64,000 nucleotides of DNA from Octopus sinensis (taxonomy: Eukaryota): the NCBI RefSeq assembly GCF_006345805.1, contig NC_043004.1:52576001-52640000 (forward strand). The letters are read 5' to 3'. The notes under the pieces are model-generated. The model saw only the letters and a program-made list of their open reading frames with translations. It had not been told where the DNA came from and made no database searches. The stretch's first letter is position 1. Every line of letters starts with the position of its first letter. A program made the translations under genes and the position numbers. Shown here piece by piece: positions 15,861 through 27,966 of the stretch.

Positions 15861-15977
15861 CGATGACAACGACGAGGACGACGATGACGACGGCGATGAC
15901 GATGACGATGACGATGATGATAATGATGATGAAAAAGAAGAAGAAGAACAAGAAGAAGAAGAACAACAACAACAATG

Positions 15978-16355
15978 CACTGATGCTGTACCAGACAGTG
16001 ATTTCAGGGCTTTTCATCTTAACTGATTGGAAGTGTTATCTTGTACATTGTTTTGTCTTTGTATAAAAGATGGAGTACAGCAAATATCCTGCTCAATACG
16101 ACAAATTTGCTTGTCAGTAATTTGACCTTAACCAGTGCAGCATGTCCCTAGTGGCTGACGATATGTGCATCTCTGATGACGAGCAGAAGTAGTGGAGGAG
16201 CATTATAGTCATGTATTGAGAGGACATTTGGGAGTTTGCGTAATTCACCTTTGGAAACATATTTGTTTCCTTCAACATTCTTAAACAACCCGTATTCAGG
16301 GCCCTTTGGGTGGGATGGCCTATTCGAACTGAAGAAAATTCTAACTGCACCACAA
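15978..16355 (+). mobile_element. Same non-coding (AAT)n-associated element (copy 2, diverged, right end lost)
   Basis: Aligns by eye to 51243-51450 and 15308-15605. Confidence 0.75.
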
Positions 16356-16389
16356 TTCATTGTGTTAGTTTTCTTCTGTCAGAAATGAA

Positions 16390-17590
16390 GCCCAGTAGTT
16401 TTCAATGACGTTTGGATAAAAATTTTACCACCAGTCGTGGGATTGTACCATGGGTACCCTTATGGCATTTAATTTAGCTAATATCTTCATGACGAAATTC
16501 GACACACAGTTACTGAAGACACTCGAATCCCTACATGGTCATGAACCAATACTCTGCTTATGGTTCATTGATGGCAACTATTTTGTCTGGGAAGGATCAC
16601 AGTATATCTTGACCGTTATGCTAAAACTATAGTTTTATGTCCAACATAAAATTTACGTCTAGCTTTTCAAAAACTATCGTTGAAGTTTTGGAATTTTTGA
16701 AATTTAAGTCTTCTGGAGGCAGAATAGTGAAAGAGTTATTTTGCAAGCCCATATCATCCAGCATTTACCTCCACCGCCACTCCAATTATCCACATCGTAT
16801 AATTTGGTCAAATCCGAAATTCCAATTTCTCAGAATAAAACGGATTTATACTGACATAAGGGATTACTGGAAATCTGCAAATGCTTTTGTACACCATTCT
16901 GTCAAACTCGGTTATAGTTAATCACGAATAAAGGAAATAGCAAATGAAATATCTAACATTAGGTAAGAAAGTCACATTTTCACGCATAACTTCAGCAACA
17001 ATACAATAAGTGACAGTGATTAATTGGCACTGAAATTTCGCTGGCATCTCAATGTTGCCTGACATTTACCGGCATGTTGCGGTAAAATATGCTCGTTTCA
17101 AACAGATATTTCCTCAACCGCCTATTATAGGATTTAGACAAAAAAAATATGAGATCTATTGACCCCTATTTCGGACAGCAAGAAAACTAACATTGTAGTA
17201 TCTGCACACCGTAACTTGAAAAACAGCCGCAAGTAAGCCCCGTTCACTGTGCCACATGAGTCAAGTGAATTCCATAAAGAACCATAGCAGAAATTTTATG
17301 GGCGGGACTTGTAGAGATTCCCATTTGATGTACGCGGTAGAGTGCACGAATCACAACTTGATTTATGTTGGTTGTACAACAGAACAATCAAGGAAAAGAT
17401 TTAATGTGCACAGATAGAAGTCAGGCACAATAACAGACGTTCGATAGAAATTTCTGAACATTTTGATTCAAACGGCTGCAATTTTGAAAAAGACTTGAAA
17501 GTGCCTATTCTCAGAAACTATTCTGAATCTGCTTCACTTTCAATACTCAAAATGCATGAGCAGAAACATGTCCTGGAGGAATGCTTAAAA
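16390..17590 (+). pseudogene. Penelope-like element remnant: RT and GIY-YIG endonuclease
   Basis: MGTLMAFNLANIFM and WFIDGNYFVW (MGTPMAP.YANIFM and RYIDD-like); LFCKP..IYLHRHSNYP..PKFQFLRIKRI (PLE thumb); about 17320-17415 SHLMYAVECTNHNLIYVGCTTEQSRKRFNVHR (GIY-YIG). Confidence 0.85.
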
Positions 17591-17607
17591 TTATATATAT
17601 ATACATA

Positions 17608-18100
17608 TATAATCAAAATAAGCAACAAGGATATCCTAAGGTAATGCAGTACGATCGTTGCATGCGACTCCACTTAATTAAGCAATGCAAGTATTACATC
17701 AGTTTTAATATGTAGAGCAATCTTCAGTTGCATATAAATATAGAATTTAGTTAAATTGAAAAGATTGAAAAGATTCATTTTTATACTTATTCCATTTACC
17801 AACATCACAAAGAGGGTATGGAGGTAGAAAGAGAAACACGTTTCATGAAGACAGGGAAACATGTTTCAATTACTACCATGTTGTTGTTGATGAAACTTGT
17901 TTTTCTGTCTACCTACTTATCCTCTTTGTGATGTTGGTAAATGGAATCAATATAAAAAAGAATCTATATTTATATGCAGCTGAAGATTGCTCTACATTAT
18001 TAAAACTGATGTAATACTTGCATTGTTTAATTAAATGGAGTCGCATGAAACGATCGTACTGCATTACCTTTGAATATCCTTGTTGGTTATTTTGATTATA
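17608..18100. mobile_element. Fold-back element: ~137-bp inverted arms (17608-17744 and 17963-18100), PLE pLTR-like
   Basis: Arms are reverse complements with scattered mismatches. Each carries a hammerhead motif. Confidence 0.85.
17974..18064 (+). ncRNA. Minimal type I hammerhead ribozyme (predicted)
   Basis: atgcag-CTGAAGA-[long stem II]-GAAAC-gatc-GTA-ctgcat: 6-bp stem I, intact core, palindromic stem III (ACGATCGT), GUA triplet. Confidence 0.8.
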
Positions 18101-18213
18101 ATAATACCGTTTTGAATTATATGGATAATACCATACCAAATTCTGGTGCTTTTAACTTAAGTACCATATTCAACAGAATCTAAATATTTCCTGAACCTAT
18201 ATACATATATATG

Positions 18214-18254
<41 letters not shown>

Positions 18255-19854
18255 TTGTTTTTGTGTGTAGATAAACTTACTTGGAAGAGGACACGTGTCA
18301 ATCATATTATAATATAGGTAATATATATGTATATACATACGTATATGTACATACTTGCATCTATACGTATATATATATATATATATATATATGCATATGT
18401 GCGCACAGGACGTCTTGAAATGTGTACAGCAAAAATACAAAGGATGAGTACGTGGAATATGAACTATCTTTTCAAACAACGAAAGACACAAATGGAAAAC
18501 ATTACAAACAACATAAAGAACGACCCTTCATCAGTTTTTGGCTGTTTTACTACTCTCGTATTTCGAGCATTTAACAACAATATACGCAATATATAGAAAA
18601 TAGAATGAAAGGTAACGCCATCTGTAATAAGTCAGTAGGCGGGAAGGACAAAGAAGAGTAAAAGACAGAGGAGTGTGATAGATGATAGACAGAGAGCGAT
18701 AAAAGAGGAAGTGTGACAAAGAGGGACAGAGAGATTGGTGGAGAGAGAGAAAAAGCAAGAGAGAGAGAGAGAGGGGTAATACAACATTACAACACATGGA
18801 AAGGGTAAAAAACTAAAGAGCAACTAAGATGATCTAAACGAAGGACAACTAACGAAACGAATTGTTTCGCTCTCATCAGCGAATAATTTGTCCTTGTGAA
18901 AAGGGAAAACGGTTCTTACAAAACAAATGTGTAGTTCGACTGCAGCCGAGTAAGATTTCACTTAGAACTTTCTAGAATAGAAAGCAGAAGCGTCTGCAGT
19001 AAGCAAGTGGAATAATTTTAGGGAGATATATGACCAGGAAAATATTTGCAAAAAAAAAAAATAGAAGTGTAACAGGACAAACATGAAGATATATAACTAA
19101 ACAGAATTGGACACATAAGAATCCCGAAGAAATCGAAAGCCCTCGGAGAAAATATTTCAAATAGATTAAAATATCAACTAAGTACGTGTAAAGTAAAATA
19201 ACAAACAAGTTATGATATACTTGAAGTAAGAGTGTAAATAATCTTAATCGTAAAATGTACAGACCCATAAACAACGTTGTTATAAAATATGAAACTGTAT
19301 CTGTAATATTACCCTTGAGAAAATACATTCACTTGGAATAAGATAACTAATCTCCATAAGAACAGCCAATTTCACATTGTTGCATAGTCTCACGTGACTA
19401 AAAAGAAAAATCAGTTAGAGTACAAGAATGCATTGCAAGAGAAAGTCTTCCAGTAATGATATTGAATGACTACCAATAGTATTTTGACATTGGAAATACT
19501 TGCTACAGTCCAGATAACACGAATTTCAAGAAGGTATTGAATATAGTCTGATAAGTATTGTAAGGTATCTATTTGATGGGTTAAGACATGCAACGGTTCC
19601 AAATTAAGCATAAAGGACTAACTTGGTTTTGTGAAATATCCATAATAAAAATTTCAAAATTGAATGGTCAGGTTACCAATGTAAAGCAGGCGCATATAAA
19701 TACATGCATTTACATAAAAAACTTACATACATACATATACACACATGCATAGATATATATATATATATGTGCACATATATATATATATACATACATATAT
19801 ATATGTATAAAAAAAGATATATGTATATATATATACATACATACATGCATATAT

Positions 19855-19899
<45 letters not shown>

Positions 19900-21769
19900 T
19901 CTATATATATATTTATATATTATATATTATATATATAGATAGACAGACAGATACATACATACATACATATATATACACACACACATCAGTCTATGTATGC
20001 ATATATACTCACTGAATGTTTGTGAAAGTATGTTATCCTGTTTTCACAAATCTGTCATCCCCTTGTTCTTACTAACACACTCTCATAGCTATACCTTCGA
20101 ATACGTAACCACAAGTATTATAATTTTCCGATAGTTACTCACGTCATGACAAATTATTTTCTATACAGCAACCTTGGCGAAATACGCAAACAGTTAGCCT
20201 TTGTTTCCTTCCAATTTCTATCGGCTCTACAAAAATTAAATTAAGTGACATCTACTCGATAGACTTCCACACAGTTTCCATCAACCAATCTCTCATGGAT
20301 ATGGAGCAGACAGGCTGACAAAGATGCTGGGTACGTACTTGCACTCGCATCCGCACCTCGCACAACATCGCTAGTGTGTGAACTTCATTATCACATAGCC
20401 ATCCTTGAAACTATATATACATTTTATCTAATAAAAATGCTCTTATATACGATGTGGTTTCAAAAGATTCCCGGACTTGTTATATTCAATAAGAAATGAC
20501 TTATTTAGGTAAGTTTTATTGTTGTCGGTGATTCTATTCGGCAGATGTGAATTTGGTCATAGTTCTAGTGTTAACGGTGATGGCAGCGAAAATATGATCG
20601 TAGAAATTGTGATGTTATTGTTAATGGTTCTATTTTCAGATGTGGTATCAGTGATAGCCATAGTGATTGTTTTAGGGATAAGGATTCTAATTGCCGTCGT
20701 GTGGCGGTCATGGTTTTTTGTGTTGATGATGGGGATCCAATTAATAATATTGGAAATTCTAGTTCGAAGTGTGTTGTTGATGCAAATGGTACTGAGATGA
20801 GTATGAGTGATAGTGTTTCTTGTAGTATTTTTAGTGTTGTCAATTATACTTGTCACATCTGGTATTGGAGATGCTATCCTTAATTATAGTCGAAATATTA
20901 CTTGGCATTATGAGAGTAAAATTTGAGGTGCTGTAGTGGTATGTCTCCGACTGTATTATTTTTGATTTAGTTGGACTATCGTTCAGGAAATTTACGAAAA
21001 ATAGTAAAGAAATAGGTAATGCTAGTGGGTCTGTAGATTCTAGCTGCAAGACTAGCATTGGTCACATTCCTGGTGGTTGTGCTGGAATAGCTGTAATATC
21101 TATTACAAAAATAGTGCTGGAGATAGTGTTGGTGGTGCTGTACTTTCTAATTGCAAGAATAGCGTTAGCTACAGTTCTGGGGATAAATTTTCATGGTGCT
21201 GTGGTTTTTGGTTTGCAGTGATGGTTGTACTGGTGCCGCCGGTGCTATATTTTCTCGTTGTAATAAGAATCTTGACTATATTATTGATTGTAGTGTTGGA
21301 AATATTACAATTTGAAGTTAAAGTCGTAATATTAGTAACTATTACTTCCAACAAAATTTTGTTCACTACCCTCTTTAGCGCACCATAATAAGGTCTACCA
21401 GCTCTATCATCAATAGGTAGTACAGGAATTAATGTTAGTGGTGTCGTAGTTTCTAGCTGTAGAAGACGTACTGACCATAGTTTCGGTGTTAATGTGGGTG
21501 GATTTCCGTTCTAGTTCTAGGAGCTGTGTTAATTACGATTGTGACGCTGCACTTTCTAGTTACAGTAGTAGTTTTGTCTATAGTAATGGCATTAATGGGG
21601 GTAGTTCCCAGTTGTAGAATAAATGTTGGTTATAATGTTGAAGATAGATTTTATGGAAATGTAATATCTTATTAAAATTGTTTGTCTTTAGTACTGATGG
21701 TGGTATTTCTGATAAAATTTCTACTCGTAGTTTCTAATAATGGCAATTATTGGTTTGATATTTTGGCAC

Positions 21770-21955
21770 AAGGCCAGCAATTTTGTGGCAGGGAATGAGT
21801 TGATTTCATCGACGCCAGTGCTCATCTGGTACTTATTTTATCAACCCCGAAAGGATGAAAAGCAAAATCGACCTCAGTGGAATTTAAACTCAGAACGTAA
21901 AGACGAGCGAAATACTGCTAAATATTTTGGCTGAAGTTCAAACGATTCTGGCAGA
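21770..21955 (-). mobile_element. tRNA-derived SINE family B, diverged; further partial copies near 22095-22155, 24420-24610, 25230-25420, 40585-40770, 41466-41570, 46229-46400, 46455-46640 and 52770-52945
   Basis: Shared motif ttatcgaccccgaaaggatgaaaggcaaagtcgacctcggcggaatttgaactcagaacg (or its reverse complement). Confidence 0.75.
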
Positions 21956-22180
21956 TTATTTTGAAGATGTAACTAGGTGTTTGTAAACTATTGATGATAG
22001 AGCTGGTAGACCTTGATTTGGTGCGCTAAAGATGGGAGTGAACAAAATTTTGTTGGAAGTAATACTGAACGTGAATATTGTTTTCTTTTCAACCCTAGGC
22101 ACAAGTCACCAAATTTTGGGGGAGAGGGGCCAGTCGATTAGATCGGCTCCCGTATACAACTGGTACTTAATTCATCGATA

Positions 22181-22228
<48 letters not shown>

Positions 22229-22523
22229 TGTGTGGTGTGTATGTGTGTGTATTTATTCATATATATCGACAATGGTATATGAATGTGTGTTTGTATATAT
22301 GTATTGATATGTATGTATATATATATATATAATATATATATAAAAGGGCTTAGTAAAATAAATTACTTTGCCGCATACTGAACTCATTAGAAATAGCAGC
22401 TAAAAAACTTTTTTAAAACTATTTCTAATACTTAAAGAAAACCTCTCTCATATAGTGTTTGCTCAACTCAACTCACGAAAGTATGGGGGTAAAGACATTA
22501 AAAAATCAAATGCAAAGGTTATT

Positions 22524-22575
22524 TGAGAACGTACGTTTCAAGATTAGTCAACTCGACACTTCTATCATCAGCTCA
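22524..22575 (-). ncRNA. Minimal type I hammerhead ribozyme motif, array copy 1
   Basis: Minus strand tgag-CTGATGA-tagaagtgtcgagttgactaatctt-GAAAC-gtac-GTT-ctca. Stem I is 4 bp, stem II is imperfect (aga/tct, gtc/gac), stem III is the palindrome ACGTACGT. Confidence 0.7.
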
Positions 22576-23079
22576 GAACTCCTTGGTTTGGATTTGAAAA
22601 CACTGAAAGTGGGAGCATACCCTTTCGGCTTCTTATCGCTTCTGAAGATCTGCTCGAAACTAACAGTGCCAGCAAACTCAAATATGCAAGCGAAGAATTT
22701 CTGCTCTCCCCTTTCCACCAGCGTGGGTTAAAATCAGTAAACACTATGCTTTTTTCGGTAAAATCCGAGGCATTAAATAGAGAGAGATGAATTATAATTT
22801 CAACAATTGAGGGTAAAATTAATTAATTAATCAATTTCACCAAGTATTCAGTATGCAAAGGGACCATTTAAGGCGAATTCAAATTATTACATTATATAAA
22901 AGGGCTTAGTAAAATAAATTACTTTGCCGCATACTGAACTCATTAGAAATAGCAGCTAAAAAACCTTTTTAAAACTATTTCTAATACTTAAAGAAAACCT
23001 CTCTCATATAGTGTTTGCTCAACTCAACTCACGAAAGTATGGGGGTAAAGACATTAAAAAATCAAATGCAAAGGTTATT

Positions 23080-23132
23080 TGAGAACGTACGTTTCAAGGT
23101 TAGTCAACTCGACACTTCTAATCATCAGCTCA
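23080..23132 (-). ncRNA. Hammerhead motif, array copy 2
   Basis: Same as copy 1, with a 1-nt insertion and one substitution in stem II; core intact. Confidence 0.65.
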
Positions 23133-23636
23133 GAACTCCTTGGTTTGGATTTGAAAACACTGAAAGTGGGAGCATACCCTTTCGGCTTCTTATCGCTTCT
23201 GAAGATCTGCTCGAAACTAACAGTGCCAGCAAACTCAAATATGCAAGCGAAGAATTTCTGCTCTCCCCTTTCCACCAGCGTGGGTTAAAATCAGTAAACA
23301 CTATGCTTTTTTCGGTAAAATCCGAGGCATTAAATAGAGAGAGATGAATTATAATTTCAACAATTGAGGGTAAAATTAATTAATTAATCAATTTCACCAA
23401 GTATTCAGTATGCAAAGGGACCATTTAAGGCGAATTCAAATTATTACATTATATAAAAGGGCTTAGTAAAATAAATTACTTTGCCGCATACTGAACTCAT
23501 TAGAAATAGCAGCTAAAAAACCTTTTTAAAACTATTTCTAATACTTAAAGAAAACCTCTCTCATATAGTGTTTGCTCAACTCAACTCACGAAAGTATGGG
23601 GGTAAAGACATTAAAAAATCAAATGCAAAGGTTATT

Positions 23637-23688
23637 TGAGAACGTACGTTTCAAGATTAGTCAACTCGACACTTCTATCATCAGCTCA
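23637..23688 (-). ncRNA. Hammerhead motif, array copy 3
   Basis: Identical to copy 1. Confidence 0.7.
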
Positions 23689-24194
23689 GAACTCCTTGGT
23701 TTGGATTTGAAAACACTGAAAATGGGAGCATACTCTTTCGGCTTCTTATCGCTTCTGAAGATCTGCTCGAAACTAACAGTGCCAGCAAACTCAAATATGC
23801 AAGCGAAGAATTTCTTTAAGTATTAGAAATAGTTTTAAAAAAGTTTTTTAGCTGCTATTTCTAATGAGTTCAGTATGCGGCAAAGTAATTTATTTTACTA
23901 AGCCCTTTTATATAATGTAATAATTTGAATTCGCCTTAAATGGTCCCTTTTCATACTGAATACTTAGTGAAATTGATTAATTAATTAATTTTACCCTCAA
24001 TTGTTGAAATTATATATATATATATATATATATGCGTTTATATTTCTTATCTTACAATCTTGTTCCTTTCTTCTCTTTTTCTATTAATTTACATATAAAC
24101 AGATACCCACATACATACATACATAGTATTATACATAAAACGTGCGTGAATATATTGTCGTCTAAATTACACAAATATGAAAATAATAGATATT

Positions 24195-24398
24195 TAAACA
24201 GACATAGTTACCAAAATTACATAATATCTTGAAACACTAAAGATTAAATTCATCCAATAAATCGCTTTTGGCTTCAACAACGGCCTCCAGACGACTTTGG
24301 AATCTCCTGCAACTCTTCTGGACGATTTCCTTGCTTCAGTTGGTGAATGTTGCTATAATCTTTGTCTTCAGTGTTACAAGGAGTTTGTTCGTCTCTCA
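24195..24398 (-). mobile_element. 3' fragment of the same maT-like transposon family as 7510-8334
   Basis: Aligns with about 7520-7730 (e.g. ctgcaactcttctggacg, ttaccaaaattacata). Confidence 0.7.
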
Positions 24399-24901
24399 GC
24401 CATTTTACCAATTGGTTTCAAATTTTAGAACAATGCCAGCAAGTATGTTAAGTCAATTGCATCAACTTCAGTATTCACCTGCACTTATTTACTAGACCCT
24501 GACAAGATAAAAAGTCGATCTCGGTGGCATCAGACCTCAGCACGTAAAGACAGTCGAAATATGGCTAAGTACTCTACCCGGCGAGTCAACGATTTTGCGA
24601 GCACGCTGCCCTGTTCGATACTATTATATTACCGGCTATCAAATCACGTACACAAGAAAATACTTACATAAAACACATATAGAAACAGGGAGCACATAAA
24701 TATTAAATGCTACCATCTTTAATATTCTACTGTTTTGCTATCGATAAAAAACACACTATCACTAATTCACATCACAGCCCTTTATCAATTCACCAAATTT
24801 AATTTCATCTCATGTCTCTGAATACCAATTGAACTTCCGTTCAATAATCTTTAAGATTGATTTTACTGCTAAATTTATATATATATATATATATTATATA
24901 T

Positions 24902-24933
<32 letters not shown>

Positions 24934-24968
24934 CATATATATGTATATATATATATATGTATGTATGC

Positions 24969-25013
<45 letters not shown>

Positions 25014-25067
25014 CGTATATATATGTATGTATATATATATATATATGTGTGTATGTATATACATGTG

Positions 25068-25105
<38 letters not shown>

Positions 25106-25896
25106 TACATAGATAGATAGATATGCTACTATTTATATATACAGAAGGATAGATAAATATTCTACTATTTTTACGTATATAATTTTACCACAAATACTAT
25201 TTTACTACATTAGTGTAAACTTTTGGTACAATGCCACCAATTATGACGAAGAAAGGCAGTTGATTACAAGGACTCAAATGTTCAACTGGTATTTGTTTTA
25301 TCGACTTCGAGAAGATGAAAAGCAAAGTCGAAAACGGCGGAATTTGATCTGAGAAAGTAAAAACGGACAAAATGCCTGACAGCATTTTGGTTGGTGTGCA
25401 TATGATTCAGCCAGAATGCCACTTTTCCGGTTTATTGCATTAACAAATAATAGCGTATCCAATAATTCGTAATACGTTATGTGAATATCTATGTTTTTGT
25501 TTTTCATCACCGGAGAAATATCACAAATAACAAGAGCAAAACGGTGCCGATTCTTACTGTCTCCTCATACTGCTCAAGTTGTGAATCACGGGTGTTCTGA
25601 ACACGCATTAACCAGCTTTCTTTTTCATGAAGATTTCCAATTTCCCTTTCCATAAACAGAAGGAAAAAACATTATCTATTAAATAGGCAAACTGTCAAGC
25701 AACACATGAAGTCACATTCAGAAGTAATGTATAATACATTTCACTGTACATTTAGAATTGAGTCGCCTCATTAGTAAATACTCAGTAGCAATTATGAACA
25801 TCGGTTTAAAACAAAATCTCAAAATTTAATGCACTCAAAACTGAACACTGATTCACACACGTGTGCGTACACACACGCATAAATTATATGCAAACT

Positions 25897-26045
25897 TAGG
25901 AGTGGCTGTGCGGTAAGAAGCTTCCTTCCCAACTATATGGTTCTGGGCTCAATCCCACTGCGTTACACCTTTCGCACGTGTCTACTACTGTAGCCTCGAA
26001 CCGACCAAACATCTTTGAGAGTGGATTTCGTAGAAAGCCCGTTGT
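25897..26045 (+). mobile_element. SINE family A, 5' half; further diverged pieces near 6670-6820, 20245-20400(-), 28555-28715(-), 32315-32530 and 61290-61480
   Basis: taggagtggctgtgcggtaagaagctt...gagtggattt, homologous to 11575. Confidence 0.75.
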
Positions 26046-26178
26046 ATGTGCGTGTGTATGTATATATATATATATATATATATATAAATATACGTGCATA
26101 CATATATGTATATATATACACATATTATACACACATATATACATATACATATATCTGTGTATATACACACACACACGT

Positions 26179-26213
<35 letters not shown>

Positions 26214-27862
26214 CGTAGATATTCCCTTCTATTTTTATATACAACTGTGCATGCATACTTAACTATTCCTTTTCCTTTCTCTTTCTCTCTTTCTTTTTCA
26301 GATAAATATGTGTATGTACGTCAATGAGTGTGTGTGTGTGTACGCCAATGTGTGTGTACGCCAATGTGTGTGTATGTATGTTTATGTGTATATGCGTTAG
26401 AGCGTTTATGTGAGTGAGCGAGCACAAAAATACATAATTATATACGTAATTATAAATACGATTAGCTAATTATACACATTTACGTACACAGATACAGACA
26501 CACATAATTAATGAAAATGTATGTGTGTGTATGTGTGTGTGTGTGTGTGTGTATCTGTACGAATCAGGGTGGAATAGACGGCGTGGATAGAAGGAAACAG
26601 AGCCAGCGAAAAGAGAACTTATGCGTGTGTTCCCTGTCAATGACTGTATATATATATAAACGTATGTCTTTGTTCATGTATATTTCTAGCAACTATTGAT
26701 CTAAATAAGCATATATATACACGATGAAATCAGCTATAAAGATATCGTATTCCATAAATACGTAGAGTTTAGTTAGGTCAATCATCCCTAGAATAACTTT
26801 TGTCTGATCGGCACCAACATTGCCAGACTCTCTAGGGAACATATGATTTGGTTTGGGAATTATATATTTTGCTTTCACTACATTTAATGCCGAAAATTTT
26901 TAGAATGGCTATTTGTTATCGCGAAGATGTCTGCGATGGCTTGGCGTTCGGTGGAATATGGTGATTGGGATGGTGGTGGTGAACGAAATGGATAAAGTGT
27001 AGGAAATGCGCGTGTGTATGCGTCTGTGTATGTGTGTGTGTATGTGTTTGTGTGTGTGCGTGCGTGTCTTAATGTTTCTTTATCTGAGCTGAGAGAGATG
27101 TAGGGAGATTGAATAGAGAAAATAATGAGTGTGAGATAATTAGTTTTCTTAGTTGTAGCTTTTTACTGTTTTTCCATAAATAATTTTCTAATCCATAGAT
27201 TTTAGTACTGACTTTTATTTCTTCCTCTGTCTTTCTGTCTTTCTGCCTTTCTCTCCCACCCTCTGTCTATATTTGCATGTATACACACACACACCAACAC
27301 ACACATATATGTATGTATATATAGATGTTTATGTGTATAAACGTGTGTGCTTGTGTATAGCTATGTGTGTATACATGTAAACATAATATATACGTGGAAG
27401 AATATAAACATATATATATGCAATGTGTACATATGTATGCATATATAAGTATATATGTGTGTGTGTGTGCATATATATATATATATATATATAATTAAAA
27501 ATAAATAAAACATATGCATATATACATACATATATGTACGTACCTACCTCTACATGTATACATATATATATATATATGATTGTATGTGTAGATGGATGCA
27601 TATATGTATGCGTGTGTATGTGCAGGTGGTGCATACATCGAGGGACAAAGAGAAGGCGAAGGAAAATGAGAGAGGGAGAGAAGTGAATGTAAATAGTATT
27701 GCTCATAGTAACACTCGCACATACCATGAATAATGAACATGTATGCAAGCATAACAGATGCATTTCAATAACTAAATATACGCTCCTATGCAAACATAAA
27801 CGCACATATACTTATATGCCTATGCCTATAGATGTGTATATGTAGTTGTAAGTAAGTGTGTA

Positions 27863-27908
<46 letters not shown>

Positions 27909-27914
27909 ATATAT

Positions 27915-27966
<52 letters not shown>

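Larger units (their letters stand above)
22337..24014 (-). mobile_element. Tandem array of a 556/557-bp non-coding unit (about 2.65 copies) plus a ~200-bp inverted cap, inside (TA)n; retrozyme or non-autonomous PLE-like
   Basis: Units start at about 22341, 22897 and 23454 and are nearly identical. 23811-24014 is the reverse complement of about 22793-22997. One hammerhead motif per unit on the minus strand. Confidence 0.85.

Noticed and set aside
18852-18885. Minus-strand CTGATGA-gagc-GAAAC hammerhead-like motif
   Set aside because: Stem II is too short to form and stem I does not pair; at best a relic.
20500-21740. Hydrophobic, membrane-protein-like ORFs
   Set aside because: Degenerate GT-rich low-complexity sequence with frequent stops and no conserved motifs.
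22459-23826. Repeated ~90-aa ORFs in the 557-bp array
   Set aside because: Non-ATG starts, a frameshift in copy 2 and no recognisable domain.
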